Below are positions 47,701 to 51,166 of a DNA stretch of 51,166 bases, one piece after another (within the stretch, counting starts at the first letter, position 1; every line of letters starts with the position of its first letter). Made by a program: the position numbers and the translations under genes. The stretch is from assembly GCA_002633005.1 (NCBI GenBank), contig NMRA01000366.1:393803-444968 (forward strand), in the 5' to 3' direction. Source of the DNA: Phoronis australis (lineage: Eukaryota > Animalia > Phoronida). The notes under the pieces are model-generated. The model did no database searches and had not been told where the DNA came from. It saw nothing but the letters and a program-made list of their open reading frames with translations.

Positions 47701-48145
47701 CCATACCAAAAAAAAAGCCTTCCCGCAAACACTTGCCGCAAGCTTGCCGCAAAGTTGCGGCAAGCTTGCTGCAAAAGTTTCTGCAAACTAGCCGCAAACA
47801 CATAGAATCAACTCTGACGAAAGAGTGGATGCAAATTTCGTGCAACCCAGCCGCAAACATTGCCGCAAGCTTGCGGCATGCTTGCCGCAAACATGCAGCA
47901 AACTTTTACCATGCAAATGAAGTTTGCCGCAAGCTTGCAGCAAACATCTCTATGTCCTTATATGGAACAGTTCCTGCAACCCAGCCGCACACATTGCTGC
48001 AAGCTTGCCGCAAACATCTCTATGTCCTTATATGGAACAGTTCCTGCAACCCAGCCGCACACATTGCTGCAAGCTTGCCGCAAACATCTTCATGGGGTTA
48101 TATAGAAGTTTGTGCGAATCACTAGAAAAAATATTGCCGCAAGCC
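47701..48145. repeat. GCTTGCCGCAAAC-rich subterminal array, probable end of a non-autonomous DNA transposon
   Basis: Begins CCCATACCAAAAAAA; many GCAAGCTTGC/CCGCAAAC motifs; a 69-bp tandem duplication at ~47930-48070. Confidence 0.65.
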
Positions 48146-50975
48146 TACAACATACTTGAATTGTGGCATGAATAATTTAATGCAAAAATGCCAGCTGACA
48201 AATACATAATTTTTATTTCATGCCCGCTTGTTAAAGCAAGAAAATACACACTGGATTTAACATGATAATTTTCAATCTGATGTATAATGACTAGAAATGA
48301 AAACAAAATCACATGACAATGAATAACAGAAACTATAAAAGTGTCTACAGTGGCAATTAGTAATAATACTTGTATTACAATCAAAATTGTATCTTGAGAA
48401 TGTAACTTGAATGTATGCCAAGCTTTAATTACAATATACCGAGATGTTTTATTCTTAACGCACGGCAAAATCTATAATAATTGCAACGATATTATTTACT
48501 TGACTAAATTAACAACAGCAACACAGAGCGTTGAAATGCACCCAATAGAGTATTTATTAGCACTGAAAATGGCGCAAAATATGTCGAATGCCAGCGGAGA
48601 AAACCATGAAATCTGACTTCCCCCCGTGGAAAGGCATGCTTAGAACAGCATGTCTAGCATATTTAAGCATTTTATTTTAAATTACCTCTTTACTTGTCAA
48701 CTGAGAAAAATCACTCTTAACAATTATAAACACATTTATTTTTCCCATGTTCATCTAAAATACTTGAAAACTGTCGAATACTTCATCGATAACTATTTTT
48801 GCTTCCCAATATGGTTTCATGATACATCAGTCTACTGCTGTCATTGAACTTGTAGGCCTTTGTTGAAATTTGCAATATTTCGACTGTAGCGATATCATCC
48901 AATAACATCATTCATTTATCTAAGGCATCAACCATAAATTATACCTTTCTATTCTACAATATTACCGTGGTGTTGAAAAGAACAACTACAGAGGTTATAT
49001 TCAGTTATTACCTTACTAATGGATGTTCTAAACACATTCTACTCCAGACTAATCTGCATTACCGCAATCCGAGGTGTTCCATAGGGTTCATATGGGATGA
49101 TCGCTAGTGTTTTCATCCATGTTTGTTCGAACCAACCTTGAGATGCTGTGTACGCCATTTGTTCCGGTGTTTTCAACTCAAACTTGTTGCCTCGTAACCT
49201 CTGCAGTGTCTCTAGCTTTCATCAAGTACATTATGTCACTCAATATTCACAAACCTAAAATATGAATGCCATTTCACTTTCCACAAAAAGGCATTTGTGA
49301 TAGCATTATTAGAATCTCAATTACGTTTTAAGTCGAACTTTTGCTCTTCTGCTCATGTATGAACAGACAGTTAAACTTGTGTTTAATAGTCTGACTGCAG
49401 ACTGAGAATGCATATGACTGAAGGTGATGGCAGTAAAAACACCTACCAGTAGTTACAATGTGCTAATCTTATTTTGTGCCCAATAGTTACCATGCATTTA
49501 ACCAAAATAAAAATTTGTTGTTCCTATTGTGAATCAAACAGTCAGAGAGTGATGTGAAAATTGACACAAACTTAAGTTTTACAGTCTCAATTAAGTGATT
49601 ATTTTGAAGGACTGGTTACATGTAACTTGACAACGTTTTGGAAACTAGTTGATTCTGGTCTCAACCCCAGTTAACTCATTTGAAATCTATGGTGTACTTT
49701 TCCACAACCATTATAACCTCCAATTTGGCTGAATCAGTAAGAAAATCAACTTCCTTTTGTTTGTAAGACCAAAACTACTGATTCATGAATGAAGTCTAAG
49801 TAATTTTACTTAACAATCACATCGATATAAATACAATTTTGAATTCAAAACTCACATCCATACAGTTCTTCAGTTATCCATGTAGAGTCTAGGCTGTACC
49901 AAAACCGTTTGAATTTGGTTCAAATGAAAGCTTATAGGTCACTTCCCAGGCATGTAACCTTGACAACCACATGCTTTCCTTGATAACAGTCCCACCAGAT
50001 CAACATGTGGCTGGGCTAGCATAATTTAAATAAACAATCAACAGCCCTAGAGGCATTAAACATTAATGTATTTCAAGAGGCATTCCTTGAAAACTGTCCT
50101 AGCAGTTCAACATGTAGCTGGGCTAGTATGATTAAAGTGAACTATAACCCTAGAAGCATAAAGCAATAATATAAGGACACTAGTGAAATTAAATTTCGTA
50201 TTTTTTCATAAATAATGTTGCAGTACCACAAGAATCCCGAGTCATATCCAAGTCCGTACCATAGCTGCTGACAGACAATATTTTGAAAAATTGTGATTCT
50301 TCATAACAATGCTAAATGTCCTCTTGAAAAATCAAAATGAGTAATTTTTGGCAATTATTTTTGTCCGAAATAGACAAAATTTTACTGTGGCTACAGACTG
50401 GCAGCTACCACCTGATTATGAGATAATTTCAAATGTTGGAAAAGTACAAATTGCTCTAAATGCTAATAATTGCACATTTGGTAAAACTGGATCATATATT
50501 TGTGTATGGTTTGTATTGATATTCATTGTGCTTGTTTACACAACATGCAGGTAACACTGCCTTTGTTATTTTAAAGCAATTGCATTTAATATTTTGCTGT
50601 ACTGACTTTGACAGCAGTATGGAAGGAAAATGAAAACTTGTTAAGTACAGTGACTGAAGAAAAAACAAAGAACATACAGATGCAGTTATATTCTCTAGTG
50701 TTTTAGGTCGCATTTGGTCATCTTTGAGCATTTGCTGTTTTTAACAATGAAAACTAACCCAATAATAGGTCACATTTAGGTAAGTATTCTAAAATAAGTA
50801 ACTGCCCTGCTTAGGTTCTGGGATTTGAGGTTTCTTTGAAATTTAGAAAATAAAAACAATTTCACAATTTCTAACATTGTCACAATATTAAAGCTAACAC
50901 TTTAAACATTGATGTTTACTGCAAATTTCGTGCAAGCACTTTTTCACCTATTCCTGAGAACACTTTTCACCAAGT

Positions 50976-51166
50976 AAGTTTCCTGCAACTTTCCCGCAAA
51001 CACTTTTTCGCCAATAAAGTTTCCTGCAACTTTCCCGCAAACACTTTTTCACTATTAAAGTTTCCTGCAACTTTCCCGCAAACACTTTTTCATCAATAAA
51101 GTTTCCTGCAACTTTCCCGCAAACATTTTTTCACCAATAAAGTTTCCTGCAACTTTCCCGCAAACA
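50976..51166. repeat. 41-bp minisatellite (about 5 copies, runs off the window)
   Basis: AAGTTTCCTGCAACTTTCCCGCAAACACTTTTTC.CCAATA starts at 50976, 51017, 51058, 51099 and 51140. It shares TTCCCGCAAACAC/TTCCTGCAAC motifs with 47701-48145. Confidence 0.9.

Noticed and set aside
50348-50554. Possible exon of another gene near the window end
   Set aside because: No recognisable domain and no partner exons; it may be internal to a transposon.

Overview
AT-rich eukaryotic (very likely invertebrate animal) genomic DNA with spliceosomal genes and many nested transposon relics. Four protein-coding genes can be built by hand from GT-AG splice sites with consistent phases: (1) a 4-exon secreted group I-like phospholipase A2 (- strand, 1907-4698); (2) a 13-exon CLCA-family gene (+ strand, ~7677-20978, ~1335 aa) with HExxH protease, vWA/MIDAS and FN3-like regions, plus nine in-frame 37-38 aa Thr/Asn-rich repeats before a C-terminal TM helix; (3) an OXNAD1-like FAD/NAD oxidoreductase (- strand, 21748-~42454) with two tandem, homologous 142-bp exons that look mutually exclusive; (4) an RBBP9-like serine hydrolase with an uninterrupted CDS (+ strand, 34904-35470), nested antisense in the 14.5-kb OXNAD1 intron. 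The repeats include a family of hAT-like elements with exact 5-bp target-site duplications, Kolobok/THAP relics, Tc1/mariner-type and Harbinger-type TIR elements, foldback MITEs, CR1/L2-type LINE fragments, a BEL/Pao 3' fragment, minisatellites and a probable assembly-overlap duplication around the single N at 6042. Gene models come from manual reading only; no database search or expression data were available.
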